Below, in pieces: positions 49,436 to 59,271 of a stretch of DNA of 64,000 nt. Below the pieces are notes generated by a model, which did no database searches, had not been told where the DNA came from, and saw only the letters and a list, made by a program, of their open reading frames with translations. Position 1 is the stretch's first letter, and each line of letters opens with the position of its first letter. The stretch covers positions 864,001 through 928,000 of the forward strand of contig CBDFLQ010000007.1 in NCBI GenBank assembly GCA_965249275.1, read 5' to 3'. Source of the DNA: Dehalococcoidia bacterium. GTDB lineage: Bacteria; Chloroflexota; Dehalococcoidia; Plut-88900. A program made the position numbers and the translations under genes.

Positions 49436-50007
49436 CTGAGGCTGGGATAGAGGTAACAGTCTCCATCCAGTCGGGGGCTAATGTTATTCCGAAGAGCATA
49501 GTGGGCATACCGACCCAGTATTTCGGCTGGGTGATGTCGTGTGTCCCGACGCCCGCACAAAGGCGCGTTGTGGGTGGGATGGGGCTGATAGGCGGCTTGC
49601 TGAGGCCAGGGTCGGCCCGGCTACCGAGAAAACAGATGAAGGATGACTGCCCGGACGTCCCTGTGATCGGTCGCGGGATCCTGGACCATATCGAAGCGGG
49701 TCGGATAAAGTTGAAGCCCGGGGTGGCTAAAATGGCCGAGGGCGGTGTTCGTTTCACAGATGGTTCCGAGTGGGCAGGGGACCAGGTGATACTTGCGACC
49801 GGATATCGTGCGGCAATTGAATGGATGGGTGTTTACGGGGCCAGAGATGAGTGTGGGTTCGGCGATCGGAGAGACAGGGTGTGCAGCGCTAACCATTCGG
49901 GGCTGTATTTCATCGGCCACAACTACGATGGACGAGGCGGTCTCTACAATATTCGCATTGATGCAAAACGGGTGGCACGAGTTATTGCATCGAACTACCG
50001 TAGGTAG
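49432..50007 (+). pseudogene. C-terminal fragment of a flavin-containing monooxygenase/NAD(P)-FAD oxidoreductase
   Basis: GVRFTDGS...D.VILATGY and GLYFIG motifs; lacks N-terminal GxGxxG. Confidence 0.7.
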
Positions 50008-50412
50008 TCGGCGAATGCCCAAAGAGCAATGGCCAGGACCATGTGGAACCAGATCGGGATGGTGCGTTTGAACCACCTGCGCTTGGGGCGCAACGCCATA
50101 GTCAGGACGTAGCGGAGGGCCATCGACACGAAGTAGACCCCGGAAATGACAACTAGAATTGGCGCAGCTCGGCCCCAGCCGTCAGTCGCGAAAAATGGCT
50201 CATCCTGATAGACTGCCAGAGTTACCGCAATCATGATCGCCAGAAAGAGCAGCTGAGCCGGCAGTAGAAATCTGTAGGGCAGAAGCCCCGAGTACCAGTG
50301 CTCGTTGGAAGGAAGCCAACAGGGGGGCTCGGGTCACTACCAATGCTTGCCCAAGCACGCGCAAAGCGAACAAAGAAGTGCAGACTGCAAGTATGAGGAA
50401 GTTGTAGGACAT
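49995..50412 (-). pseudogene. membrane protein split by frameshift
   Basis: MSYNFLILAVCTSLFALRVLGQALV continues in another frame as PSNEHWYSGLLPY..LLPAQ...WFHMVLA; shift near G-run ~50322. Confidence 0.6.
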
Positions 50413-50562
50413 TGTTCCGATGAACGTAAGGCCACGGCGGGACGCCGAACATTGCATAATCTGGCGTCGGGAGCCTGCACCAGCATATAATTTCCTTGTA
50501 CACCAGGGGTTGTGAACAACCATACGGGGAATGGATCCCCAAAATAGTCCAAGGAGTGAGAC

Positions 50563-51531
50563 ATGACGGTTGCAAATGGTTCGAGGACGTTGAAGGTCGG
50601 GTTGGAGTTGCCCCAGATGGAGGGCTTTCGGGGCGCGGGGGTGAAGGGTTGGAAGGAAGTTAGCGAGATGGCCGTTCTGGCCGAACAGGTGGGCTTTGAC
50701 TCGGTGTGGTTTTTCGATCATCTTCTCTACTCGCTGCGGGGTGAAGATAGGCCATCGGGAGTGTGGGAAGTGTGGTCGCTGGTCTCAGCGGTGGCGGCGA
50801 TAACCGAACGGGTTGAGATAGGAACCCTTGTAATGGCGATGGGATGGCGCAATCCTGCGCTTCTGGCAAAGATGGTATCCACAGTCGAAGAGATAAGTGG
50901 AGGCAGGTTTATCCTGGGACTCGGGTCCGGGTACCACAAGCTCGAGTACGATGCCTTTGGATTTCCTTTCGACTATAAGGTGAGCCGCTTCGAAGAGGCG
51001 ATCCAGATAGTCCACGGGTTGCTGCGAAACGGGGAGATCGACTTTGAGGGACGGTTCCACAGTGCGCGGGAATGTGAGCTTCGACCCCTCGGGCCACGGG
51101 AGGGCGGGCCCCCCATTTTGATTGGGACCATTAAACCCCGGATGCTTTCGTTAACCGCCAAGTATGCCGATGCCTGGAATGCATACTACGCCCACACTTC
51201 TAACAGCCTAGAAGGAGCAATAGAGCTTCGTGAGATTGTGGACGCGGCGTGCCGTAAGGAGGGTCGGGACCCGTCGACACTTGAGCGCACCGTAACGGTC
51301 CTAATCGCAGACGCCACGGCAGACCCCTGGTGGGACCGGCTCCCCTCGGCGCAGTTGATTGATCAGCCTCCGCTGAAGCCCCTGGCCGGTCCTCCTGAAG
51401 AAATAGCACGAATCCTGAGGGAGTACGAGCGGGAAGGAGTGGCCCACATTCAGATCGGCCTGGAGCCAACCACGCTGAAGACCATTGAAGAGCTGGGCCA
51501 GATATTGGAGGCTCTGGACGCGGCCTCGTAA
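50563..51531 (+). CDS. LLM-class flavin-dependent oxidoreductase
   Basis: AEQVGFDSVWFFDH, RNPALLAKM, SGGRFILGLG. Confidence 0.9.
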   Translation: MTVANGSRTLKVGLELPQMEGFRGAGVKGWKEVSEMAVLAEQVGFDSVWFFDHLLYSLRGEDRPSGVWEVWSLVSAVAAITERVEIGTLVMAMGWRNPALLAKMVSTVEEISGGRFILGLGSGYHKLEYDAFGFPFDYKVSRFEEAIQIVHGLLRNGEIDFEGRFHSARECELRPLGPREGGPPILIGTIKPRMLSLTAKYADAWNAYYAHTSNSLEGAIELREIVDAACRKEGRDPSTLERTVTVLIADATADPWWDRLPSAQLIDQPPLKPLAGPPEEIARILREYEREGVAHIQIGLEPTTLKTIEELGQILEALDAAS

Positions 51532-51545
51532 GCCCTATCAGAAGC

Positions 51546-52081
51546 CTAGCCGACCCCATCAAAGGCGTGTTCTGACATAGCTCGCTCAACGAATCGGTCT
51601 GCATCCTCTTCCAGGATGAGACGTTCCTCCACCAGCCACTGAGAGGCAAGGACAACTAACTTTACGTAGCGGGCTCGAGACCCGTAGCGCTCTTGAAGGG
51701 AAGGGCGAGGGTCACCTTTTTCGAGTCGTTCCTCACGGGTCGTGGCAAAGGGCAGAAAGCTCCCGTTCACTGCTGCCATCGCCCCTCAGCAGCACCCTGA
51801 GGCCTGAAATTCCAGCCGGTGTATGTGGCCAGCGGGACGTCTAGTTCGGGGCCCCTGATGCCAGGAACGTCGTTCCCGTCGGCATCCACCTGGGGGACGA
51901 GCACCGTGTATTCCTTTCCTTTGTCTTCGATGGGAGGCTCGACGGTCAATACACCCTGATCGAAATCCGGGCCGTGGTTCTGGACGTAGAGGCGGTTTGG
52001 GGAAGACGGAGGTGTTACCCCGGTGATGGCGAGAAAGAGGGTGTTGGATACTTCGGCGGGGACGCTAGTCTCGGCTTCCAC
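51546..52081 (-). pseudogene. C-terminal fragment of alpha/beta hydrolase-domain protein, frameshifted
   Basis: VPQVDADGND..GIR...VPLATYTGWN then (other frame) GSFLPF...DPRPSLQERY. Confidence 0.65.
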
Positions 52082-52149
52082 TGACGCTCGCTGGCTGCGT
52101 CTTGGAATACGCTTGTTTCTCCCTCAGAGAGTAAGTCTACCCCAACACC

Positions 52150-53600
52150 TTGGATCGGCGGGCGGAGGAGGCCTGGAAACAATTTGAGAAGGCGACGGAG
52201 GTTGCTGTTCGGCAGACATACGAAGAAACCGGAATCATAATGGATCCTCGCTTTGTCTTTTACGATAACAGACACAACGCCCACATATGGGTAGGCACTC
52301 CTATCACCTACTCTTCCAAACTAAGCAATGGCCGGTGGTTCACGGTAGACCAACTGCCCGATGTGGACGATCTGGGTTGGTTGCCCGACGGTCAACAATT
52401 GGCCGCTATTGGGTCCGATATGCTCCAAGGGATGGCGGTGTGGCAGGCATGGCTTTACGTCCTGGAACCTGGGCAGGCCCAGCAACGTCTGACCGACGAT
52501 ATCGTGCGTCCCTATCTAACCTTCGCCACCGTCAGCAGACCTCCGGAATTGCGTTGGACCGAGGACGGCCGCATCTTGTTCCTGGGAGACCAGAGGGGAG
52601 AATCAAAGCTGTTCGAAGTACCGGCCTCCGGCGGGCGCTGCCGCCAGGTGGCTGGCGGTGGTTGGCAAAGCAGCAGCATTAGCATTGATGAGAACGTACA
52701 GGCAGCGGTGGTGCTCTCCTCCTACCCATGGTCCCCCAATGAACTTTATTATCTCGATCTGGTGTCGACGGTCAACGAACAACTGACTCATTACAGCGAC
52801 GAGTACCTAACGAATCGCCCGCCCGCCCGTATGGAAAAATTCGCTGTCCAGCGGGAAAGACTACAACTGGACTGCCGGTTGTGGTTGCCTCAGGGGTTTG
52901 ACCGCAGCCGGCAGTACCCTATGGTGCTGGATATACAGGTGGGCCCAACGGTGCTTTTTACGATTCCTTCACGCCATTGCAGCAGATCCTGGTTACTTCG
53001 GGTTACCTGGTCCTGGCGGTCAATCCTCGGGGGTCTTCGACCTACCGCAAAGATTTCATGATGTCGGTGTTGGGAGATTGGGGAGGGGAAGACTATCAGG
53101 ACTTGATGGCGGCGGTGGATGAGGTAGCGGCCCGGCCGTACGTGGATGAAGGTCGGCTGGGGGTCTGCGGGTATAGCTACGGCGGCTTCATGACCAGTTG
53201 GATCATCAGCCACAATGACCGGTTCAAGGCTGCGGTGGTTGGCGCTCCCTGCACAGACCTGTACAGCATGTACGGGACCTCGGACATTGGAGTAAGTTTC
53301 GGTGAGGACCAATGGGGCGGGAGCTTGGTGGACGCAGCCGAGAAACTGATCAAACACTCGCCCATTACCTACGCAAGCAAGGTCAACACCCCGGTGGTGC
53401 TGTTGCACGGAGAGGCCGACGCTCGGTGTCCGGTGGCTCAAAGCGAAGAGTACTTCGTGGTCTTAAAGCGGCTGGGAAAACAGGTGGAGTTCGTCCGGTT
53501 CCCGGAGTGCAACCACCTCTTTCTTAGGACCGGCCATCCCAAGATGCGGGAGGAATATTTGGCCCGCACTGTGGGGTGGTTTCAGAAGTGGCTGGGGTAG
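52150..53600 (+). pseudogene. S9 family peptidase, N-truncated and frameshifted
   Basis: gat ata ca- ggt ggg ccc (expected DIHGGP) at ~52931-52947; downstream GYSYGG, DARCP, NH catalytic motifs. Confidence 0.85.
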
Positions 53601-53644
53601 TTAAACTGGCGTCTGAAGCCGGCGTTGACTGACGTGGTGGGAAA

Positions 53645-55768
53645 TTATGCTCCCGCGGCTTGTCTCCCCACCACTGGGTCTTCTTCAGCAGGCCGCAACG
53701 ATGCCACGCCGTCAACTTGCAGCCGGGCCAGCTCTTCCAGCGGAATGTGGCAATAGATCACGTGATCTCCACCGTTCGAGGTGAGCGCGGGCGGCGGAGT
53801 ATCGTCGCATATAGCTCCGATCTTTCGAGGACAACGCGCGGCGAAGAAGCAACCCTGAAACTGATCCCTCATGGTAGGCACGAACCCCGGCAGCCGGATC
53901 GTGGTTGGCTGAGCATCGGGATCGGGGACCGGCGCCGACGACATCAAAGCCTCGGTGTAGGGGTGGGACGGCATCGCAAGCACGTTCTTGGCCGGCCCCG
54001 ACTCGGCAACGTGCCCTGCGTAGAGCACCAGGATATCGTCGGCGAGGTACCGCACCACGCCCAGATCGTGGGTGATGAACACGTAGGACGTGTTCGTTTC
54101 CTGCTGGTGGGACCGTAGCAAGTTCAGTACTTGAGCCTGGACGGACACATCCAGGGCGGAGACGGCCTCGTCGGCAACGACAATGTCCGGCGAAGCGGCG
54201 AAAGCCCCGGCCAGTGCCACGCGCTGTTGCTCTCCCCCGCTCAGCTCCCCCGGATGCCGGTTTAAGTACCCTGGGTCCAACCCCACGGCTTGTAACAATT
54301 CCCCAGCACGCTGTCGGCTCTCCCGTTTATTCAGGCCGGAGAACTTGCGCAGGGATCGAATGATGGCGTGGCGGACGGCAAGTTTTGGATTAAGCGAGGC
54401 GGTCGGGTTCTGGAATACCATGCGCATGGCCGCTTGTTGAGTTCGGGTCCTATTGCCGACGTCGGGCGCCAGTTCCTGATCCTGTAGCTGGAGCTTGCCC
54501 CGGTCCCGAGGCACCAGCCCCACGATGGCCCGGGCAACCGTAGTCTTGCCGGAGCCGCTTTCACCCACGATCCCCAATGTCCGTCCCAGCCCGACGTTGA
54601 AGTCAACTTCATTAACGGCGCGGACCGGCGGCCGGACTCGGGGGCCAAAAAATAGGTACTTGCGTCCCCAACTACCGTAGAAACGGCGGAGACCTCTTGC
54701 CGACAACACTGGTTCTTCTTGGGCGCGACCTATTTCCACGTTGGTCTTCTGTTCACCCCAAATGTCCCGATTAACATCACCCGAATACAAGCAACGAGAG
54801 AGGTGCCCAGAGCCTGTGTCAACGACTGGCGGGGCCTGGCTCCCGCACGATTCCTGGGCTATGGGACACCGCGACATGAAGAGACATGCGTCTGGTGCAG
54901 GTTGGGCGGCAGAAAAGACCACACCCGGGATACTACTGAGCTGAACGGTGGCCCCCGCTTCTGTTGGAGGCGTAGGCACACAACTCAGCAGCCCTCGCGT
55001 GTAGGGATGTTTGGGGGACTTGAACAGCTCCCGCACTGGGGACTCTTCCACAGTCTCGCCAGCGTACATCACTGCGACCCGGTCGGCCACGGCTGCGATC
55101 ACGCCCAGGTTGTGGGTCACGTACAAAATGCCGGCGTTGATCCGCTGCTTCAAGTCCGACACCAGTTCCAGGATAGTCGCTTCCGTGGTGACGTCCAGGC
55201 CCGTCGTAGGTTCGTCCATGATCAGCAGGTCCGGCTCACAGGCTAACGCCATGGCGATGACCACCCGCTGCTGTTGGCCCCCGCTGAGTTCGTGGGGATA
55301 CCGCCGCCCAATCGACTCGGGGTCCGCCAATCGCACGCTTTCGAACAACTCGACAATGCGGCGGCGGGACTCCTCACTGTCCATATGCTGGTGTTGGCTG
55401 AGCACCTCATGAATCTGTGAATCCACCCTCATGGTTGGGTTCAGGGACGTTGCAGGGTCTTGGTAGACCATCGCTATGCGGTTGCCCCGCAAATGGCGCA
55501 GTTCCGACGCGCCCATTTGCGCAACATCCCGGCCTTCGAACAGTATCCGGCCGTCTACCCGTGTAATGCCCGGCAGGTAGCCCATGACGGCGAAGGCAGT
55601 GGTCGACTTGCCGCATCCCGACTCGCCGACGACTCCCATCACCTCGCCTCGATGCACCTCCAGCGACGCATCTCTGACCGCGCGGACGGTGCCCCGGGGC
55701 GTGAAGAAGGTAACGCCCAGATTTTCCACTTGGAGCAGTGGCGTTCCATGGTTTGCCTGGCTGCTCAC
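53645..55768 (-). CDS. fused DppD-DppF type ABC ATPase
   Basis: Two Walker A (GESGCGKS, GESGSGKT), two LSGG signatures, two HPYT/Cys-rich C-terminal domains; GTG overlaps upstream stop. Confidence 0.93.
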   Translation of the reverse strand: MSSQANHGTPLLQVENLGVTFFTPRGTVRAVRDASLEVHRGEVMGVVGESGCGKSTTAFAVMGYLPGITRVDGRILFEGRDVAQMGASELRHLRGNRIAMVYQDPATSLNPTMRVDSQIHEVLSQHQHMDSEESRRRIVELFESVRLADPESIGRRYPHELSGGQQQRVVIAMALACEPDLLIMDEPTTGLDVTTEATILELVSDLKQRINAGILYVTHNLGVIAAVADRVAVMYAGETVEESPVRELFKSPKHPYTRGLLSCVPTPPTEAGATVQLSSIPGVVFSAAQPAPDACLFMSRCPIAQESCGSQAPPVVDTGSGHLSRCLYSGDVNRDIWGEQKTNVEIGRAQEEPVLSARGLRRFYGSWGRKYLFFGPRVRPPVRAVNEVDFNVGLGRTLGIVGESGSGKTTVARAIVGLVPRDRGKLQLQDQELAPDVGNRTRTQQAAMRMVFQNPTASLNPKLAVRHAIIRSLRKFSGLNKRESRQRAGELLQAVGLDPGYLNRHPGELSGGEQQRVALAGAFAASPDIVVADEAVSALDVSVQAQVLNLLRSHQQETNTSYVFITHDLGVVRYLADDILVLYAGHVAESGPAKNVLAMPSHPYTEALMSSAPVPDPDAQPTTIRLPGFVPTMRDQFQGCFFAARCPRKIGAICDDTPPPALTSNGGDHVIYCHIPLEELARLQVDGVASLRPAEEDPVVGRQAAGA

Positions 55769-56739
55769 CTGATGATCTCCCTTGGCAAACCACTGGCCTG
55801 TTTGATGCCGTCGGTCAGGAGATTTACGCCCACCACCAAGGTGGCTACTGCTCCGGCGGGCGCCAGTGTCATCCACGGCGCAGCGACTATGAACTGCCGG
55901 CCCTCTCCGATCATAAGGCCCCAGTCCGGCGATGGCGGTTGAACGCCTAGGCCGAGGAATCCCAAGGAGGACACTATTAGGATCGAGTAGCTGAGCCGCA
56001 CCGAGAGTTCAACGGCCAGGACCGGCAGGGCGTTAGGCAGAATCTCTCTGAAGATAATATAAGGAGCATTCTCTCCCCGCAGACGCGCACTCATCACGAA
56101 TTCCTGATTCTTGACCTTTAGCGTGACGCTTCGCAGCACCCGAGAAATGCCCGGCGCATGGACAACGCCGACGGTGAGCACGATCAGTAAGGCCTCCCAG
56201 TTATCGTCCAGCCACCCCCACGGGGCTTCCCGAGTGCCCAGGGTTGTCAGTACCAAAAGCGCCAGTAGCAACCCCGGGAAGGCCAGCCCTCCGTCCATGA
56301 CGCGCATCACCACTTCGTCCACCCGGCCTCCCTTGTAGCCGCTGGTCATCCCTATCACCGTGCCCAAGAAAATCCCCAGCAGGGCACCGGTCAACGAAAT
56401 CGTTATCAGCGAGCCTGCCCCGGACAACACGCGGCTGAAAACGTCGCGTCCGAACTGGTCCGTTCCCAACAAGTAGGTCCAGTTCGGCCCCGAGAGCCGG
56501 TCCGCAGTGGGAAAATCTGGAGGCAGATGGAATTCACCGAAGGGATAAGGGGCCACCATGGAACCGAAAATCGCCACGAACACGTGGATCAGTACGATGA
56601 CCAGCCCGATGCGTCCCGCCGTCGTGGACAGGGAAAGCCGCAAAAACTCTCGGATCCCCCGGCCCGTGGCGAAAAACGCTGGCTGGGCGGCAGTGGGCAC
56701 GCCAACGCGAAGCCTACTTGTGGTAAACCGCACCGCCAT
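55765..56739 (-). CDS. peptide/nickel ABC permease (DppC-like)
   Basis: LGTDQFGRDVFSR, EFVMSARLRG, LGFLGLGVQPPSPDWG. Confidence 0.93.
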   Translation of the reverse strand: MAVRFTTSRLRVGVPTAAQPAFFATGRGIREFLRLSLSTTAGRIGLVIVLIHVFVAIFGSMVAPYPFGEFHLPPDFPTADRLSGPNWTYLLGTDQFGRDVFSRVLSGAGSLITISLTGALLGIFLGTVIGMTSGYKGGRVDEVVMRVMDGGLAFPGLLLALLVLTTLGTREAPWGWLDDNWEALLIVLTVGVVHAPGISRVLRSVTLKVKNQEFVMSARLRGENAPYIIFREILPNALPVLAVELSVRLSYSILIVSSLGFLGLGVQPPSPDWGLMIGEGRQFIVAAPWMTLAPAGAVATLVVGVNLLTDGIKQASGLPREIIR

Positions 56740-58727
56740 TAGGTGTACCTTATCCGTGGGTCTAGGACGGCGTAGCTCAGGTCTGCCAACAGGGTGCTAA
56801 CGGTATAGGTCACAGCGATGAGCAGCGAAAGGGCCTGCAACAAGGGAATGTCACGGGTCTGGACCGAGCTCAATAGCAGTTGCCCCAGGCCAGGATAGGC
56901 GAACACATTCTCAACGATGATGAGCCCAGCCAAAAGCCACCCGGTCATCGTAGCAACGATGCTTATAGTGGGGAGCATCGCATTGGGAACGACATGCCGA
57001 AATATGACCTTCCGCATCGGAAGGCCCTTCAGGATCGCTGTCCGCACGTAGGGGCTCTCCATCACCTCGTTCACGTTGGCACGAGTCATTCTCATAATGT
57101 AGGCGAATACCACGCCGGTCAGGGTGAGGGTCGGCAGCACCAAGATCTCCGGTTTGGTTAAGGGACTTTCCCCCCGGGGTATGGCGCTGGTGGTCGGTAA
57201 CCAGCCCAACTGCGAGGAAAAGATGACCATCAACACCACCCCAGTCACAAACTCCGGCAGCGATATCCCTACCATACCGACAGCGCTGATTATGCGGTCG
57301 CCTATGGTGTTGGGGCGCACCCCGGCCCATGTACCTACAAGGACCGCAGCGGGGACCGCTATCAGAAAAGCAAACGACGCAAGATATATGGACGGCAACA
57401 ACCGGTGCGCGATAACGTCTGTAACGGGCCGTCTCTGCAGCAAAGAATCGCCGAAGTCGCCCCCCAGCGCACCCGATCGCCAGACGGTATCGTCGGAGGC
57501 AGCCCAGGCGCTGACGTCGCCGGACTCGCTTACGTGGATGGCAAGGTCATTCAGTGGCCTGGCCGTGAGCACTCTCTGATCTGCGTTCGTCCCCTGCCGA
57601 TCCTCAAAGATCGCCTGGCGGCTCCAGAAGGCGCCCCCGTCGCTGGTTGTCAGAACCGTCCCCTTGCTTCCGACTATGACGCCGTCGGCGCCGTCGAAGG
57701 AGACAGCATGAAGCGCACTCTTTAGAGACGTACCGATGGTACGACTGGCCCAGGTGACGCCACCGTCTGCGCTATACAGTGCCGTTCCACCATCACCAAC
57801 CGCCCACACGGCCGCGTGGCGGTCAAAGCCCTGGGGCGCTGCGTCCAATACAAAGTCGACAGCGTTCAGTGTCGATGTCGTGCCTGCGTCTGAGCTTTGC
57901 CAGGTCCTGCCACCATCTACGGTCACCAGGATCGTGCCGCTTTCCCCGACAACGATGCCTTGCTCAGCGTTGGCAAAGACCACCGAAAAAAGCGTCACGT
58001 CGACACCTGTGTCCGCCGTATCCCAGCTCAAACCGCCATCGGTGGAGCGTAGTACGAGCCCCTTCTCTCCGGTTATCCAGAGGCGATTGGAGTCCGCGAA
58101 GGCGATGTCGGTAAGCGTCGATGTCGTTCCGCTCTCCACAGGAGCCCAAGTCGAGAGTACCCCATCTTGACATACCACATTCACAGCTGCAGCGCCTTCA
58201 CATTCTACCTGCTGCCCATCCTCCTCCAACGGGACCCCACCCGCCCCGGTGCGGTAGATCGTGCCTTCCTCTCCGATGGCAATTCCACTCTCATCATCTA
58301 TGAATTCGATGGCCGTCAGCGGATGCTCCACTTCAATCTGTCTGATCCACTGCACCCCGCCGTCTTCGGTGTTGTAAATGCGGTTCCTAGAAACAGCCCA
58401 TCCCAGTTTGGAAGATACGAAGGTGGGAGTGGTTACGATGGGATTCTGGCTCACCCGCTTCCAGGTTGCTCCGCCGTCGCTGGTCCTGAACAATGCTCCT
58501 TCCCTCTTGGTCCACCCGACAAGCCAAGTTGCGAACCGCTCGGGAGCGGGGCGGTCCAAGCCCATCTGTTCCCTTAGGTACTTGATATTATCGTCCGTTC
58601 CATACAGCCCCATCATTATCTGCGCCGCATCACCCGGCAGTAGCTCTGTGACGCCGAATATGACCACGGAGACAACGAAGAGGGTGATTACTATCAACCC
58701 TAGGCGTACCGTTATGAAACGTAACAT
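56739..58727 (-). CDS. peptide/nickel ABC permease (DppB-like) with inserted Asp-box/Ycf48-like domain
   Basis: LPGDAA...GLDRP...W [insert with seven (S/T)xDGGxxW-type repeats] GDFGDS...PV; YVRTAILKG, ENVFAYPGLG, DPRIR. Confidence 0.9.
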   Translation of the reverse strand: MLRFITVRLGLIVITLFVVSVVIFGVTELLPGDAAQIMMGLYGTDDNIKYLREQMGLDRPAPERFATWLVGWTKREGALFRTSDGGATWKRVSQNPIVTTPTFVSSKLGWAVSRNRIYNTEDGGVQWIRQIEVEHPLTAIEFIDDESGIAIGEEGTIYRTGAGGVPLEEDGQQVECEGAAAVNVVCQDGVLSTWAPVESGTTSTLTDIAFADSNRLWITGEKGLVLRSTDGGLSWDTADTGVDVTLFSVVFANAEQGIVVGESGTILVTVDGGRTWQSSDAGTTSTLNAVDFVLDAAPQGFDRHAAVWAVGDGGTALYSADGGVTWASRTIGTSLKSALHAVSFDGADGVIVGSKGTVLTTSDGGAFWSRQAIFEDRQGTNADQRVLTARPLNDLAIHVSESGDVSAWAASDDTVWRSGALGGDFGDSLLQRRPVTDVIAHRLLPSIYLASFAFLIAVPAAVLVGTWAGVRPNTIGDRIISAVGMVGISLPEFVTGVVLMVIFSSQLGWLPTTSAIPRGESPLTKPEILVLPTLTLTGVVFAYIMRMTRANVNEVMESPYVRTAILKGLPMRKVIFRHVVPNAMLPTISIVATMTGWLLAGLIIVENVFAYPGLGQLLLSSVQTRDIPLLQALSLLIAVTYTVSTLLADLSYAVLDPRIRYT

Positions 58728-58939
58728 GTGCTCAACAGCCTATCAGTAGCCTCTGAGAAGCGGGGCCGGCGGATGGAGTAACCAAGTGCAAACTGGCGAT
58801 CTTAAATCGCCGGGAGGTTTTATCTCTTTGGAGGACAATCGTGTCACATGGCGAATTTGTAGAGGGGTTTAAGAGGAGATATCCAAGCGGCGGTCTGCTT
58901 TCCAGCCACCAAGGAGTCGTCGAAAGTTAGCCCGATTCA

Positions 58940-59066
58940 ACGCTATCAGGCTATCGGGAAATTGTCAATTTAGAATGTTTGACAAAGAATTAGATGCGTT
59001 TGCCCTGTACCATTTTTAGTAAGAGAATAAGGCTTAGTTGACACCCCCTCCCCCGTGTGATAGCTT
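58940..59066. promoter_or_regulatory. divergent sigma70-type promoters
   Basis: Minus: TTGACA(58968-58963)-N17-TAGCGT; plus: TTGACA(59038-59043)-N17-TAGCTT; both with extended TG; TTGTCAA-N10-TTGACAA palindrome at 58962-58985. Confidence 0.6.
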
Positions 59067-59146
59067 TCGGAAACTGGTCGGCCGCTTAATGGCACACCGC
59101 TCCTAAAATAGACAAGTGACGATCGGCAAGTCCGTGATGTTCGGCT

Positions 59147-59224
59147 AAAAATCCCCCCAATGGGCCCCCTCTAGTGAGGGGGTTGGGAGGATTTTCATCC
59201 GTCGGTGGCGCCCCAGCTGGGGCA
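59147..59224. repeat. palindromic (REP-like) hairpins in SBP leader
   Basis: AAAATCCCCCCAA...TTGGGAGGATTTT and GCCCCAG/CTGGGGC stems. Confidence 0.45.
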
Positions 59225-59271
59225 TGAGAACGGCAAACAGTACGTTTGCCGCCCAATGGGAGGAGACCGTC

